This document shows, piece by piece, positions 46,590-55,956 of a stretch of 64,000 nucleotides of DNA. Origin of the DNA: a virus; the IMG/VR virus record IMGVR_UViG_3300033405_000004, positions 32,001 to 96,000 of that record; one strand, written 5' to 3'. Under the pieces are notes generated by a model that saw only the letters and a list, made by a program, of their open reading frames with translations, searched no databases and was not told where the DNA came from. The position numbers and the translations under genes are program-made. Within the stretch, counting starts at the first letter, position 1. Each line of letters opens with the position of its first letter.

Positions 46590-47218
46590 GATCCCTCCCC
46601 CAGCCCGAAATGCTTGTCGACGTCGATCTCCAGCCACGCCTGTGGGATGCGCTCGGCGAACCAGGGGCTCTTGGCCGGGTTCTGGAGCTCGGCGATGACG
46701 ATCCAGTAGAGCGACAGGACGAAGGCGGTCGAGGAAACGGCGGCCAGCCCGGCCCGCCAGCTTGAGTACTCCAGCCCGCCGATCATCGCTAGCAGCGGCA
46801 GCGACAGGGCCGCTATGAGGAGGTGCACCGTGATGGGCACCCGCTCGTCGCGGTAGCAGAGGAAGGTGTCCCGGTCCTTCTTCAGCACGCAGACCACGAC
46901 CTTCTGGTACTTCTCCCACACGGTGCCGAAGACGAGCGTCACGGTGATGCCATAGGCCACGGCCAGCGTGGTGACGACGGCGCCGATCAGCGGCGCCTCG
47001 TCCGCCTTCGAGAAGTGGAGCCCGGCCGCGTTGGCCAGGCACCAAAGGCCGGAGGCGAGCGCCGACAGGTAGAGCGGCTCGCACAGGAGCAGCGTGTGGG
47101 CCACGAAGGAGCGCCGCCTGCGGGCCGGGTCGGAGCGTTTGGACAGTCGCTTCAAGCATACCTCCATCCGTATCGGACAAAGTTTTCGCTGACGTGCCAT
47201 GCGCCGAACTGCGAGCAC
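46586..47218 (-). CDS. Multi-TM membrane protein
   Basis: About four hydrophobic helices, IAELQNP; start uncertain (47167 possible). Confidence 0.65.
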   Translation of the reverse strand: MLAVRRMARQRKLCPIRMEVCLKRLSKRSDPARRRRSFVAHTLLLCEPLYLSALASGLWCLANAAGLHFSKADEAPLIGAVVTTLAVAYGITVTLVFGTVWEKYQKVVVCVLKKDRDTFLCYRDERVPITVHLLIAALSLPLLAMIGGLEYSSWRAGLAAVSSTAFVLSLYWIVIAELQNPAKSPWFAERIPQAWLEIDVDKHFGLGEGS

Positions 47219-47379
47219 CAGGCTTCCAGGAGGTGCTGCTTCTCGTCGGCGGGCGTGCCGCGCGGCAGGATTACGGTCTCCCGCCTGTTCGTGCCCCGGC
47301 TGGAGCGAATCCAGAAGACTACTTTGATCTGCGGCGCCGTCCTGGGCAGCGCCTGTTCTTTGAAGCCTAGTACTTTCAT
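47152..47379 (-). CDS. Hypothetical protein
   Basis: ATGA overlap. Confidence 0.5.
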   Translation of the reverse strand: MKVLGFKEQALPRTAPQIKVVFWIRSSRGTNRRETVILPRGTPADEKQHLLEAWCSQFGAWHVSENFVRYGWRYA

Positions 47380-47681
47380 ACTTCGGGGAGGTCGGGTGGG
47401 ATGATGTCGCCGAAGAGCCGCTGCGGCACGAGGAGCAATGTGAGTTCGCCCTTCCCGCAGCGGGGGCACTCGCCGTACGAGAACGCGTCGCCGACGAAGT
47501 CCGCCTCGGCGTCCAGGGGGCGGGCGCCCATGTACTCGACGTTGCCCGGCGGCATGGCGGCGACCTCCGCCCGGCTGGCGACGTAGCCGCAGCGGTCGCA
47601 CTGCGGCCTGCCGTGGGCGCCGGGCATCCTGGTCCAGTGGATTTTCGCGGTTGGGTTGGGGAAGAGCACGGCGGGACTCAA
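47376..47681 (-). CDS. Zn-ribbon hypothetical protein
   Basis: CDRCG...CPRCG. Confidence 0.5.
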   Translation of the reverse strand: MSPAVLFPNPTAKIHWTRMPGAHGRPQCDRCGYVASRAEVAAMPPGNVEYMGARPLDAEADFVGDAFSYGECPRCGKGELTLLLVPQRLFGDIIPPDLPEV

Positions 47682-47816
47682 GCACGAAACTGGATTGTTG
47701 TAAACAAAATAAAGTTTACGACGTTTTGCGGACGGTCAGTCCGGGCCGTTTTTGCCAAAAAGTCTATGACATTTTGTTGTTTACAAGCGGCCCGGTTCCG
47801 TCCAGATTCCCCGTCG

Positions 47817-49349
47817 ATGAAAAGCCCATCCACTCCACCCGCCCCCAAGAAGCTCCACCCGCTGGACGCCGCGAGGCGCGCCGGCGTCCCCCTGCTGGCC
47901 TACGAGACCAGCGACCCCCAGGCCACCATCGAGGGCTGCACGCGGGCCCTCAACTCCAAGCTCGACGAGACCCCGGTCCTCCGCTGGGACTACGTCCGGG
48001 GGCTGGTCGGCCTCAACGACCTCGGCATCCAGGTGGCCAAGAAGCTCGCGCCGCAGAGCCCGATGCAGGCCGCCGAGCCGCGCGCCTGCCTCCAGGCCCT
48101 CGCCGCCTGCGCCGAGCCGAAGGTGCTCTGCTTCTGGCTCAACGCCCACCGCTACATCAGGGACGTGGCCGTGGCGCAGGGCCTCTGGAACCTGCGCGAC
48201 GCGTGGAAGGTCCACGGCTCCACCCTCGTCCTTTTGTGCCCCGCCATGCAGCTGCCCGACGAGCTGTCCCACGACATCGTCGTCGTGACCGAGCCGCTCC
48301 CCACCCCGGAGGAGATCGGCGTGATCGCCGACCGCATCGCCGAGGCCGCGAACATCAAGCTGCCCGACGAGGACAGGCCGAAGATCATCGACACCCTTTT
48401 GGGCATCTCCGCCTTCGCCGCCGAGCAGTCCCTCGCCATGAGCATCGTCAAGAAGGACGGCAAGTGGGGCGTCGACCGCGACGCCCTGTGGGAGAGGAAG
48501 AGGAAGATGGTCGAGCAGACCCCCGGCCTCTCCGTGTGGCGCGAGACCACCACCTTCGACGACCTCGGCGGGCTGGAGAACATCAAGGGCTTCATGACCC
48601 GGATACTCAAGAGCGGCAAGAACCCCGTCAGGGCGGTCGGTTTCGTCGACGAGATCGAGAAAATGTTCGCCGGAGCGGCGGGCGACCTGTCCGGCGTCTC
48701 CCAGGACCAGCTTCGCGTGTTCCTCACCGAGATGCAGGATCACAACATCCCCGGCATCATACTGATTGGGCCCGCAGGCACGGGCAAGAGCCACATCGCC
48801 AAGGCCGCCGGGGCCGTCGCCGACGCCGAGGTCCTCAACATCGACACCGGGGCCATGACCGGCTCCCTCGTCGGCGAGTCGCAGGCCAAGATCAGGAAGG
48901 CCTTCCAGACCCTCCACGCCGTCAGCCAAGGCAAGTCCCTCGTGGTGGCCACCTGCAACAAGATCGCGGCGCTGCCGCCCGAGTTGCGCCGCCGCTTCAC
49001 CCTCGGAACCTTCTTCGTCGACCTCCCGTCGGACAGCGAGCGCAAGGCCATCTGGAAAATCTGGCTCAAGAAGTACGGCTTCGCCGAGGACTCGAAGCTC
49101 CCCGCCGACGAGGGCTGGACGGGCGCCGAGATCAAGGCGTGCTGCGACGTGGCCTACCGCACCAGCATGGACCTCGCCGAGGCCTCCACCTTCGTCGTCC
49201 CCGTCTGCCAGTCCGCCGCCGACCAAATCGAGGCCCTGCGCAAGCAGGCCAACGACCGTTTCATCTCCGCCAGCAAGCCGGGCATGTACCGCTACGTCGA
49301 GCGCGCCGCCCCCGCTCTCCCCACCCACCGCAAGATCGACCTGAACTGA
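47817..49349 (+). CDS. AAA+ ATPase (Ycf46-like)
   Basis: FDDLGGLENIK, GPAGTGKS, VATCN, LPPELRRRF, FFVDLP, WTGAEI; promoter TTTACA-17-CAGATT upstream. Confidence 0.9.
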   Translation: MKSPSTPPAPKKLHPLDAARRAGVPLLAYETSDPQATIEGCTRALNSKLDETPVLRWDYVRGLVGLNDLGIQVAKKLAPQSPMQAAEPRACLQALAACAEPKVLCFWLNAHRYIRDVAVAQGLWNLRDAWKVHGSTLVLLCPAMQLPDELSHDIVVVTEPLPTPEEIGVIADRIAEAANIKLPDEDRPKIIDTLLGISAFAAEQSLAMSIVKKDGKWGVDRDALWERKRKMVEQTPGLSVWRETTTFDDLGGLENIKGFMTRILKSGKNPVRAVGFVDEIEKMFAGAAGDLSGVSQDQLRVFLTEMQDHNIPGIILIGPAGTGKSHIAKAAGAVADAEVLNIDTGAMTGSLVGESQAKIRKAFQTLHAVSQGKSLVVATCNKIAALPPELRRRFTLGTFFVDLPSDSERKAIWKIWLKKYGFAEDSKLPADEGWTGAEIKACCDVAYRTSMDLAEASTFVVPVCQSAADQIEALRKQANDRFISASKPGMYRYVERAAPALPTHRKIDLN

Positions 49350-49368
49350 AACCCGAACCTTCCCAACC

Positions 49369-49779
49369 ATGAGTCACATAGAAACAAGCTCCGTCGTAAT
49401 CAAGAACCTCGACGCCCTCAAGCGGGCGTGCGAGAAGCTCGGCCTGGCCTTCAAGGAGGGCCAGGACCACTACCGCTGGTGGGGCACCCGCCACGGCGAG
49501 TCGGCCTACGGGGGCCACTGCGACCACGCCATCCGCGTCCCCGGCGCCGACTACGAAATCGGCGTGACCAAGGCCGCGGAGGACACCTGGGTGCTCGCTC
49601 ATGACCCCTACTACCAAGGCGGGCTGCAGGTCCTCAGCGACCCCGGCTCGACCGGGCTGGAGAAGCTGTACGACGCCTACTCCGCCGAAGTTCTCAAGGC
49701 CGAGGCGTGGTCGAAGGGCTACCGGGTGGAGGAGAGCTTCACCGAGAGTGGCGAGATCAAGCTGGAGGTCTTCACCTGA
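49369..49779 (+). CDS. DUF1257 (Ycf35-like) protein
   Basis: MSHI......IKNLDALKRAC..LG...YEIGV...Y....L...A...GY. Confidence 0.75.
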   Translation: MSHIETSSVVIKNLDALKRACEKLGLAFKEGQDHYRWWGTRHGESAYGGHCDHAIRVPGADYEIGVTKAAEDTWVLAHDPYYQGGLQVLSDPGSTGLEKLYDAYSAEVLKAEAWSKGYRVEESFTESGEIKLEVFT

Positions 49780-49844
49780 TTGTAAAACGTCATAAACATT
49801 TTGTTGACTCACCACCCCTCAACGTCCATAACCATCATATCGCA

Positions 49845-50045
49845 ATGGAACAGAAAATCACCTTCATCATAGCCCACGGCAAGGTCAAGATCGAGGCCCA
49901 CGGCTTCATCGGCCCCGCCTGCGAGGCGGCGACCAAGGCCTTCGAGGCCGCCCTCGGCGGCGAGGTCAGCGACAAGACCAAGAAGCCGGAGTACCACCAG
50001 TTCACCAGCGAGTCCCAAGGCGAGAGCGCCAAGCAGGGGTTCTGA
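49845..50045 (+). CDS. DUF2997-like protein
   Basis: GKVKIEAHGFIGPACEAATKAFEAALG...KPEY. Confidence 0.8.
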   Translation: MEQKITFIIAHGKVKIEAHGFIGPACEAATKAFEAALGGEVSDKTKKPEYHQFTSESQGESAKQGF

Positions 50046-50046
50046 A

Positions 50047-50310
50047 ATGCGCGCCGTGTTCATCATCGGGGGAAGGAAGGTCACGGCTCTGGCCGGTGGC
50101 CCCCTGTCCCTCGCGGGCCTCGGCCCCCGCACCACTCGCCGGGTCAGCCGTGTTGAGTTCAATGGCGTGACCAGCCTGTGGGAGGTCCTCGACCCCGTCG
50201 ACCGCGCCCTGCCCGCCCTCTTCACGCACGCCGACTACGACATCTGCCTCCGCTGGGAGGCCGACCACTTCAACGCCGTCCTCGCCAGCAACCCCGCCGC
50301 ACTTCGATGA
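50047..50310 (+). CDS. Hypothetical protein typical of AAA/DUF1257 modules
   Basis: LG....RRVSRVEF......W. Confidence 0.65.
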   Translation: MRAVFIIGGRKVTALAGGPLSLAGLGPRTTRRVSRVEFNGVTSLWEVLDPVDRALPALFTHADYDICLRWEADHFNAVLASNPAALR

Positions 50311-50675
50311 GCCTCGACAAACCCATCCTCACGCGCATCCCCTTCCGCTCGCAGAGCAAGCCGGAGAACAGCTACGAGACGATAGTCTACACCGACCTCA
50401 GCACCAGTTGTAACTGCCGGGGCTGGTGCATCGCCAAGAACGGCATCCGCGAGTGCCGCCACACCATTCAAGTCGAGGAGAGCATCAGGAGCGGCCTGCT
50501 CCAGCTGGACCCGCAAAAGATCGCGTGGTCGGAGGTCAGCCGGAAGATGCAGGAGGCGAAGAACGTCCTGACTGGCGGCGTCGCCCCGTCCATCCCCAAC
50601 GCCGTCCCCGCCAGAAAGTCTAGGAAGCCCTCCGGCCCCGCCCCCATCCGTAAGTTCGACCTGACCGAGGGCTGA
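50307..50675 (+). CDS. SWIM Zn-finger protein with PIRKFDL tail
   Basis: SCNCRGW...CRH. Confidence 0.75.
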   Translation: MSLDKPILTRIPFRSQSKPENSYETIVYTDLSTSCNCRGWCIAKNGIRECRHTIQVEESIRSGLLQLDPQKIAWSEVSRKMQEAKNVLTGGVAPSIPNAVPARKSRKPSGPAPIRKFDLTEG

Positions 50676-50696
50676 ACCTTTCCATCCAATCCATCC

Positions 50697-51608
50697 ATGA
50701 CCCTCCAACCCGAAGCTGCCATCCTGCGACAGGCGATGCTATTCAGCCTGACGCGCCACGCGTGGTCGAACCGCCGCGAGGGCGACAAGACCGCTATCGA
50801 GACCACCGCCGACAAGAAGAACCTCAACATGACGAAGCGGCTCCTGAACTGCAAGGAGCTCGACGCCGTCAACGAGCACCTGAACGCCATCTACGAGTGG
50901 TGCTTCAGCCACGCGATGCAGTCCAGGACCCGCAAGGGCATCTACTTCGTCAAGCGGGACATGATCCCTGAGTTCGAGGCCCGGCTGGCCGAGGCCAACC
51001 GGAAGCTGCGCGAGGATCTCGTGCCCGCCCTCGTCGCCGCGTACCCCGCCGCCCGCGAGTCCATGCGGCTCCCCGCCGAGAACGGGGGCCTGGGCGACCT
51101 CTTCAAGGAGAGCGACTACCCCACCGCCGCCGAACTGGCCAAATCCTTCTACGTCGAGTGGTCGTGGCTGGCCCTGTCCGTGCCGAACGAGCTTCCCGAG
51201 GAGGTTCGCCAGCGCGAGGTCGCCAAGCTGCGCGAGAGCATGGAGGCGGCGCAGCAGGAGGTCGTGTACGCCCTCCGCGTCGGCTTCAAGAAGCTGGTCG
51301 ACCACGCCGTCGAGCGGCTCACGCCGAACCCGGACGGCAGCGTCAAGGTCCTCCGCGAGAGCACCCTCACCGGTAACTTCGAGCAGTTTTTCGAGGCCTT
51401 CCACGCCCGCGACCTGATGGGCGACTCCGAACTCAGCGCCCTCGTCGACCAGGCCCGCGCCATCGTCAAGGACATGCCCGACTCCGAGAAGCTGCGCAAG
51501 CGCCGCAGCCTGCTCTCTTCGACCGCCGCCTCCTTCAAGAAGGTCGGCGACGTGCTGGACACCCTCATCATCAACACCCCCATCCGCAAGTTCGACTTGG
51601 AGGCCTGA
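50697..51608 (+). CDS. Helical protein (DUF3150-like) with PIRKFDL tail
   Basis: GIYFV, LG.LF..SDYP; module context. Confidence 0.7.
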   Translation: MTLQPEAAILRQAMLFSLTRHAWSNRREGDKTAIETTADKKNLNMTKRLLNCKELDAVNEHLNAIYEWCFSHAMQSRTRKGIYFVKRDMIPEFEARLAEANRKLREDLVPALVAAYPAARESMRLPAENGGLGDLFKESDYPTAAELAKSFYVEWSWLALSVPNELPEEVRQREVAKLRESMEAAQQEVVYALRVGFKKLVDHAVERLTPNPDGSVKVLRESTLTGNFEQFFEAFHARDLMGDSELSALVDQARAIVKDMPDSEKLRKRRSLLSSTAASFKKVGDVLDTLIINTPIRKFDLEA

Positions 51609-51821
51609 ATGAGCGACTTTAGACTCTACGTTGTCTTTATTACCCTGCCGGACGGTACGCGTCGCTATTTTAAGGGCCATCGGACTCCGGCGATTAAGAG
51701 CTTCCGTGGTCGCGTCAAAGCTAGCCAGATTGGCGTGTGCCGCGGTCAGGCCGAGGGCCTGCGGGGCATGTACTCCGACCTGAACGCTCAGATTGAACCC
51801 CGAGACGCAGTGGAGGCCTGA
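51609..51821 (+). CDS. Small hypothetical protein, lower GC
   Basis: GGAGG SD upstream; flanked by 11-bp direct repeats. Confidence 0.55.
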   Translation: MSDFRLYVVFITLPDGTRRYFKGHRTPAIKSFRGRVKASQIGVCRGQAEGLRGMYSDLNAQIEPRDAVEA

Positions 51822-52039
51822 TGCCGCTGATCAAGAAGTTCCACGACGCCGAGATCGAGCCGGTGCTGGAGGCGGTCCGCTCCATCGTGAGGAAGCTGCC
51901 GCAGCGCGCGAATCGCGTCCGCATCCCGCCCGGCCTCAGCCCCGATCAGGTCTATTACATCGAGCATGGCCACTACCCGCCCAGGAAGGAAAAACCCAGG
52001 AAGCCCATCCGCAAGTTCGACTTGGAGGATCGCCAATGA
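51821..52039 (+). CDS. Small basic protein with PIRKFDL tail
   Basis: TGATG coupling. Confidence 0.65.
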   Translation: MPLIKKFHDAEIEPVLEAVRSIVRKLPQRANRVRIPPGLSPDQVYYIEHGHYPPRKEKPRKPIRKFDLEDRQ

Positions 52040-52527
52040 CCCCCTTTCAACAGGCTGAAATCCCCGCCTCCGAGCGAGCGGCCACCCGCGCTTCCATCCT
52101 CGAAGCCCACCGCAGGGGCGAGCTGCTCCCCGGCAAGACCGAGGCCGAAGTCGTGGCGGAACTGGACGACGTCGACCGCGAGGACGCCGACGCGGTGTAC
52201 TGGCGTAACGACCTCTACCAGGTGCGCGTGTGCCCCGTCGGCCCGCCGCGGTCCGGCTGGCCCCCGATGGTCCACCTGAGCATCAAGCGGCTCGACCGCC
52301 AGCCCATCCATGACTGGCGCGACCTCCAGGAGATCAAGAACCGGCTGGTCGGCCCGGAGTGCGAGGCGGTCGAGCTTTACCCCGCCGAGAGCTGCGTGGT
52401 CGACTCGGCCAACCAGTTCCACCTGTGGTGCCTCGGCAACGCCGGCCAGCGCTTCCCCTTCGGCTTCCAGGAGCGGCTGGTCACCGACCTTTCCGTTCAC
52501 AAGTCCAAGAATCGCCCCCGAACATGA
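52036..52527 (+). CDS. Conserved phage hypothetical protein
   Basis: HLSIKR....PIHDWRDLQEIKN..VGPE.EAVELYPAE...VD.AN..HLW. Confidence 0.75.
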   Translation: MTPFQQAEIPASERAATRASILEAHRRGELLPGKTEAEVVAELDDVDREDADAVYWRNDLYQVRVCPVGPPRSGWPPMVHLSIKRLDRQPIHDWRDLQEIKNRLVGPECEAVELYPAESCVVDSANQFHLWCLGNAGQRFPFGFQERLVTDLSVHKSKNRPRT

Positions 52528-52784
52528 GACGCCCCCGCCTAGTTGTTTGTGCCGCCCTCCGCCTTGGCATCCGCATCATCTGCGGGCCACGCCATTACGA
52601 TTCCACCATGCGCCAGCAGATGCTGGAGCCGCGTGCGTGGTGCGTTGCGGAGCAGGGTTTCGTCGACCAGAAGGGCCGGTTCCTTACCCGCGAGCAAGCG
52701 CGCGCCATCGCCGAGAGGCGCGGCCAGATCCGCTACCGCTGCGGCGGCGACGAGAAGAAGCTATTTAGTGACAACCTCTACTGA
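52524..52784 (+). CDS. Conserved phage hypothetical protein
   Basis: VVCAA...GPRH...QGFVDQ.G.FL.RE.A...LFS.NLY. Confidence 0.75.
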   Translation: MRRPRLVVCAALRLGIRIICGPRHYDSTMRQQMLEPRAWCVAEQGFVDQKGRFLTREQARAIAERRGQIRYRCGGDEKKLFSDNLY

Positions 52785-52785
52785 A

Positions 52786-52983
52786 ATGCGCAAGGCAATC
52801 ACAACCCTTTTGAGCGCCCTGTGGGTGGTGGGCTGGGTCTCGGCGGGCCTCGCGACGCTGAACCGCTCCCATCTGTTCAAGGTGCCCCAGCCGGCCCACG
52901 CCTGGTTCGTTGTCATCGTGTTCTGGCTGGCCATCCTGTTCGCCGGCCTGGGCCTCATCCGCGGGGCGATGCGGGAGCGTTAG
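52786..52983 (+). CDS. Small two-TM protein
   Basis: Two hydrophobic helices. Confidence 0.6.
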   Translation: MRKAITTLLSALWVVGWVSAGLATLNRSHLFKVPQPAHAWFVVIVFWLAILFAGLGLIRGAMRER

Positions 52984-55514
52984 GCGACGGTGGCGCTCTT
53001 GATTTCGACGGCGTAGCCCTCCGCCGCGCCGATGGTGGCCCCGGACGCCTGCTGCGTGGTCGTCGTGGCCGTGAAGTAGATGTAGACGTTGCTCAGGACC
53101 GGCGGCAAGCTGCCGTCCAGCGGGTAGGTGGAGAGCGTCGCCGTGATCGTGTAGGCGTCGCCCACCGTCAGGTTGATGCAGGTGACCGTCCAGTCCACGG
53201 TCTGGCTCAGGGTGCCGCCGGCCGGGCCGGGGTTGGCGACGGTGTAGGCCAGGGGCTGGTTGCCGTCCGGCGAGCCGGGGTAGTGGCTCACGGCCGCGAT
53301 GTCCACGATCGTGGGCTCGGTGGCGAACTGGCCGAAGGCCGACGGCACCGCCGAGAAGTCCGCCGTGAAGGGCTGCAGGCCCTGGGACGCGCAGCCGTTG
53401 TCGACGAGGGGCAGGAAGTCCGGGCCGGCCACCACCGCCCCGAAGTCGTTCATCCACGCCTGGAACGTGCGGAGCACGGGCGTGCAGTTTGGGTCCGTGG
53501 CGAGCACCCGGGTGCCCTGGTCGAGCTGGAGGCCCGCCGGCACGAGCGCCAGCCGCCCGACGTCGCCCGGGCCCCCTAGCTGGAACGCCTGGGCGAGCCT
53601 CGTCTCGACGAGGGAGATGGCCCTGAGCCATGCGCCGTTCGCCGCCGCGTCCCACAGGTGGTCCCCCGTGGCCGGGTCCAGCGTGCGGTAGTCCGTGGGC
53701 GGGGTGGTCTGCGTCGCGGCGGCCGAGCGCTGCACGCTCTCCAGGGCGCGCTGCACGAGCAGCTGCTTGTAGGGGTCGTAGGCCAGCGGGTTGGGCAGCG
53801 TCTCGACGGTGTCGAAGACGCGGACGTCGTAGGCGAAGACGTAGAGGCAGATCTGGGTGCCCCCGGACCAGCTGACCGTGAGCGTCGGCTGCGTCAACGC
53901 GGACGTGACGCACACGTCGAACCAGGCCGCGTCGACCCGGCCCGGCACCCCGGCGAGTGTCAGCGGGTACGAGCTGTAGCCGCCCAGGCCGACCTGCACG
54001 GTGTACAGCACCTGCTGCCCGGAGGCCGCCTGGGTGAAGAAGGAGATCTCGTCGAGCGTGAACTGCCCGGCCGCGCCGTCCCAGGTCACGGTGAACAGGC
54101 CCGGGCCGCCGGGCGAGTTCAGCTGGACTAGCTGGCTCGTGACGGGCGTGCCCGCGGGCTGGTTGTAGACCAGCGACCCGTCGAAGACGGCCACGCCGTT
54201 GTAGGCGCAGCTTAGGTTGAAGCTGAGCGTCTGGGCGGTGTCGTCCCGGAAGGTGAGGCTGAAGAAGAGCGTCCCCGCCGGCAGCGGGAACTGCCAGGAG
54301 TGCGTCCCGCCCTGGTAGTAGGTCACGGCCGTGCCGTTGGCCGACCCCTCCAGGTTCTGGAAGCCGAGGATGTCGATGTCCGTCGAAGGCTGGAGCGTCA
54401 GGCCGACCCGCACGCAGGAGGCCGGGATCTGCGCGGGCACGCCGAACGTCGCCGAGCCGGCGACGGGGAGCAGCACCGAGTCGGACTGGTAGAGGCCGCC
54501 GGAGGTGACGAAGTTGTTGGGCAGTGCGGTGAGGAAGAGGGTCCGGTCCTTCCAGGGGCGCACGTTCACCCGGGCGGATTTCTGCCGCCAGTACTCGGCG
54601 TCGAGGTAGCCCGGCACGTCGTAGATGACCGTGACCGTGCTGTTGAACGCGCTGCTGAAGCTCGTGGCCGTCGGGGAGGGCCCGCCCGCGTCGGACAGGT
54701 CCTCGCCGGCCCAGGAGAGCGTCTGGGTCGTCCGGTCGAAGACCAGCTGGAGCCTGCCGGGCACGAGCGGCTGCGCGGCCCAGGTGCGGAAACGCCCGTC
54801 GTCGCTGACCAGGGCGTAGACCTCCGGCTCGGCCGCGTTCGGGCCGGCGACCTGCACCAGCAGCCGGGAGGCGACGGCGTAGACGTTGCCCAGGTTGTTC
54901 ACCGTGGCCGCCACGTAGGCGGCCAGCACGTTGTCCCGCCACGCCAGGAACTGGTCGGTGCTGGAGAAGAGCCCGGGGGCGAGCGGGAGGTTGTAGCCGG
55001 CGTCGACGTTGCCCTGGCTGATGCCGTAGGCGAGCGCCCAGAGGTCGCTCGTCGCCAGGCCGGGGAGCACGTCCGCGGGGAGGGGGTTGTCCGCCAGCTG
55101 CTCGGCGGCCTGCTGGAGGGCCTCGTAGATCAGGAGGTCGCGGGCGTAGAGCTGCTGGTCCGTCGCGGCGGCGTTCACCGGGAGCGACTGGTTGTCCACG
55201 TGGTCCACGGTGCCGGGGAAGCCCACGGTCGGCGGCAGGTCCACGGCGGCGTTCTGCAGCGCCCCCGCCGCGGGGTACGGGAGGGCCGGCCTGGGCGCCC
55301 GGAAGTCCCAGATGTCCGAGGTCTTGAGTGCCACCTGGGCGATGGCCGCCCCGACGAGCAGGTCCCGGTAAGCCAGCTCCCGGTCCCGCCCGGCGTACTG
55401 GCCGACGTCGAGGGCCGCGTCGAACGCCACGGTGCCCAGGGTGGGGCCGGGCGCCACCGCCTTGGCCCAGTCGAGCCGCGGCACCAGCGGGAGGATGTAG
55501 GCGGACTGCAGCAT
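52980..55514 (-). CDS. Large virion structural (tail/baseplate) protein
   Basis: Thr/Gly/Val-rich; end of a late operon. Confidence 0.7.
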   Translation of the reverse strand: MLQSAYILPLVPRLDWAKAVAPGPTLGTVAFDAALDVGQYAGRDRELAYRDLLVGAAIAQVALKTSDIWDFRAPRPALPYPAAGALQNAAVDLPPTVGFPGTVDHVDNQSLPVNAAATDQQLYARDLLIYEALQQAAEQLADNPLPADVLPGLATSDLWALAYGISQGNVDAGYNLPLAPGLFSSTDQFLAWRDNVLAAYVAATVNNLGNVYAVASRLLVQVAGPNAAEPEVYALVSDDGRFRTWAAQPLVPGRLQLVFDRTTQTLSWAGEDLSDAGGPSPTATSFSSAFNSTVTVIYDVPGYLDAEYWRQKSARVNVRPWKDRTLFLTALPNNFVTSGGLYQSDSVLLPVAGSATFGVPAQIPASCVRVGLTLQPSTDIDILGFQNLEGSANGTAVTYYQGGTHSWQFPLPAGTLFFSLTFRDDTAQTLSFNLSCAYNGVAVFDGSLVYNQPAGTPVTSQLVQLNSPGGPGLFTVTWDGAAGQFTLDEISFFTQAASGQQVLYTVQVGLGGYSSYPLTLAGVPGRVDAAWFDVCVTSALTQPTLTVSWSGGTQICLYVFAYDVRVFDTVETLPNPLAYDPYKQLLVQRALESVQRSAAATQTTPPTDYRTLDPATGDHLWDAAANGAWLRAISLVETRLAQAFQLGGPGDVGRLALVPAGLQLDQGTRVLATDPNCTPVLRTFQAWMNDFGAVVAGPDFLPLVDNGCASQGLQPFTADFSAVPSAFGQFATEPTIVDIAAVSHYPGSPDGNQPLAYTVANPGPAGGTLSQTVDWTVTCINLTVGDAYTITATLSTYPLDGSLPPVLSNVYIYFTATTTTQQASGATIGAAEGYAVEIKSATVA

Positions 55515-55954
55515 CAGGAGGTGAAGTTCATCACCCGGAAGGCCCCGGAGCACGCCACGTCGACGTCCGATTCCGCCAGGTTGTTCACGAGCAGGATGAG
55601 GTAGGTGCCCGTCGACTCCACCTCGTGGTAGAAGTACGGGCTGGTCTGGTTCACGCCGGGCACGTCCACCGGCGTGTACGCCAGCGGCTGGCCGGGGGCC
55701 GTGAGGATGCCCGCCCCCGCCTCGTAGAAGCCGGCGTAGACCGAGCCGAGGCCGGGGTTGACCTTGGCCGGGAGGTCGGGCGCCAGCACCCTGATCAGGT
55801 GCACGGAGAGCCACCTGAGCCGGAAGACCTGCCCTGCCGCGAGGTTTAGATAGGCGACGGGGATGCTGTACTGGGCTTTCACCCGGCTCTGCTGGAGGCT
55901 GAAGCCCTGGTCCAGCACCTGGCTCAGGCCGGCGTCGGTGACGTAGGCGCCCAT
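55514..55954 (-). CDS. Structural protein, paralog of 55957-56493
   Basis: YVT...L...F.LRWL..HLI...LG.VY.G.Y...VNN......V..SG..RV. Confidence 0.7.
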   Translation of the reverse strand: MGAYVTDAGLSQVLDQGFSLQQSRVKAQYSIPVAYLNLAAGQVFRLRWLSVHLIRVLAPDLPAKVNPGLGSVYAGFYEAGAGILTAPGQPLAYTPVDVPGVNQTSPYFYHEVESTGTYLILLVNNLAESDVDVACSGAFRVMNFTS

Positions 55955-55956
55955 GG

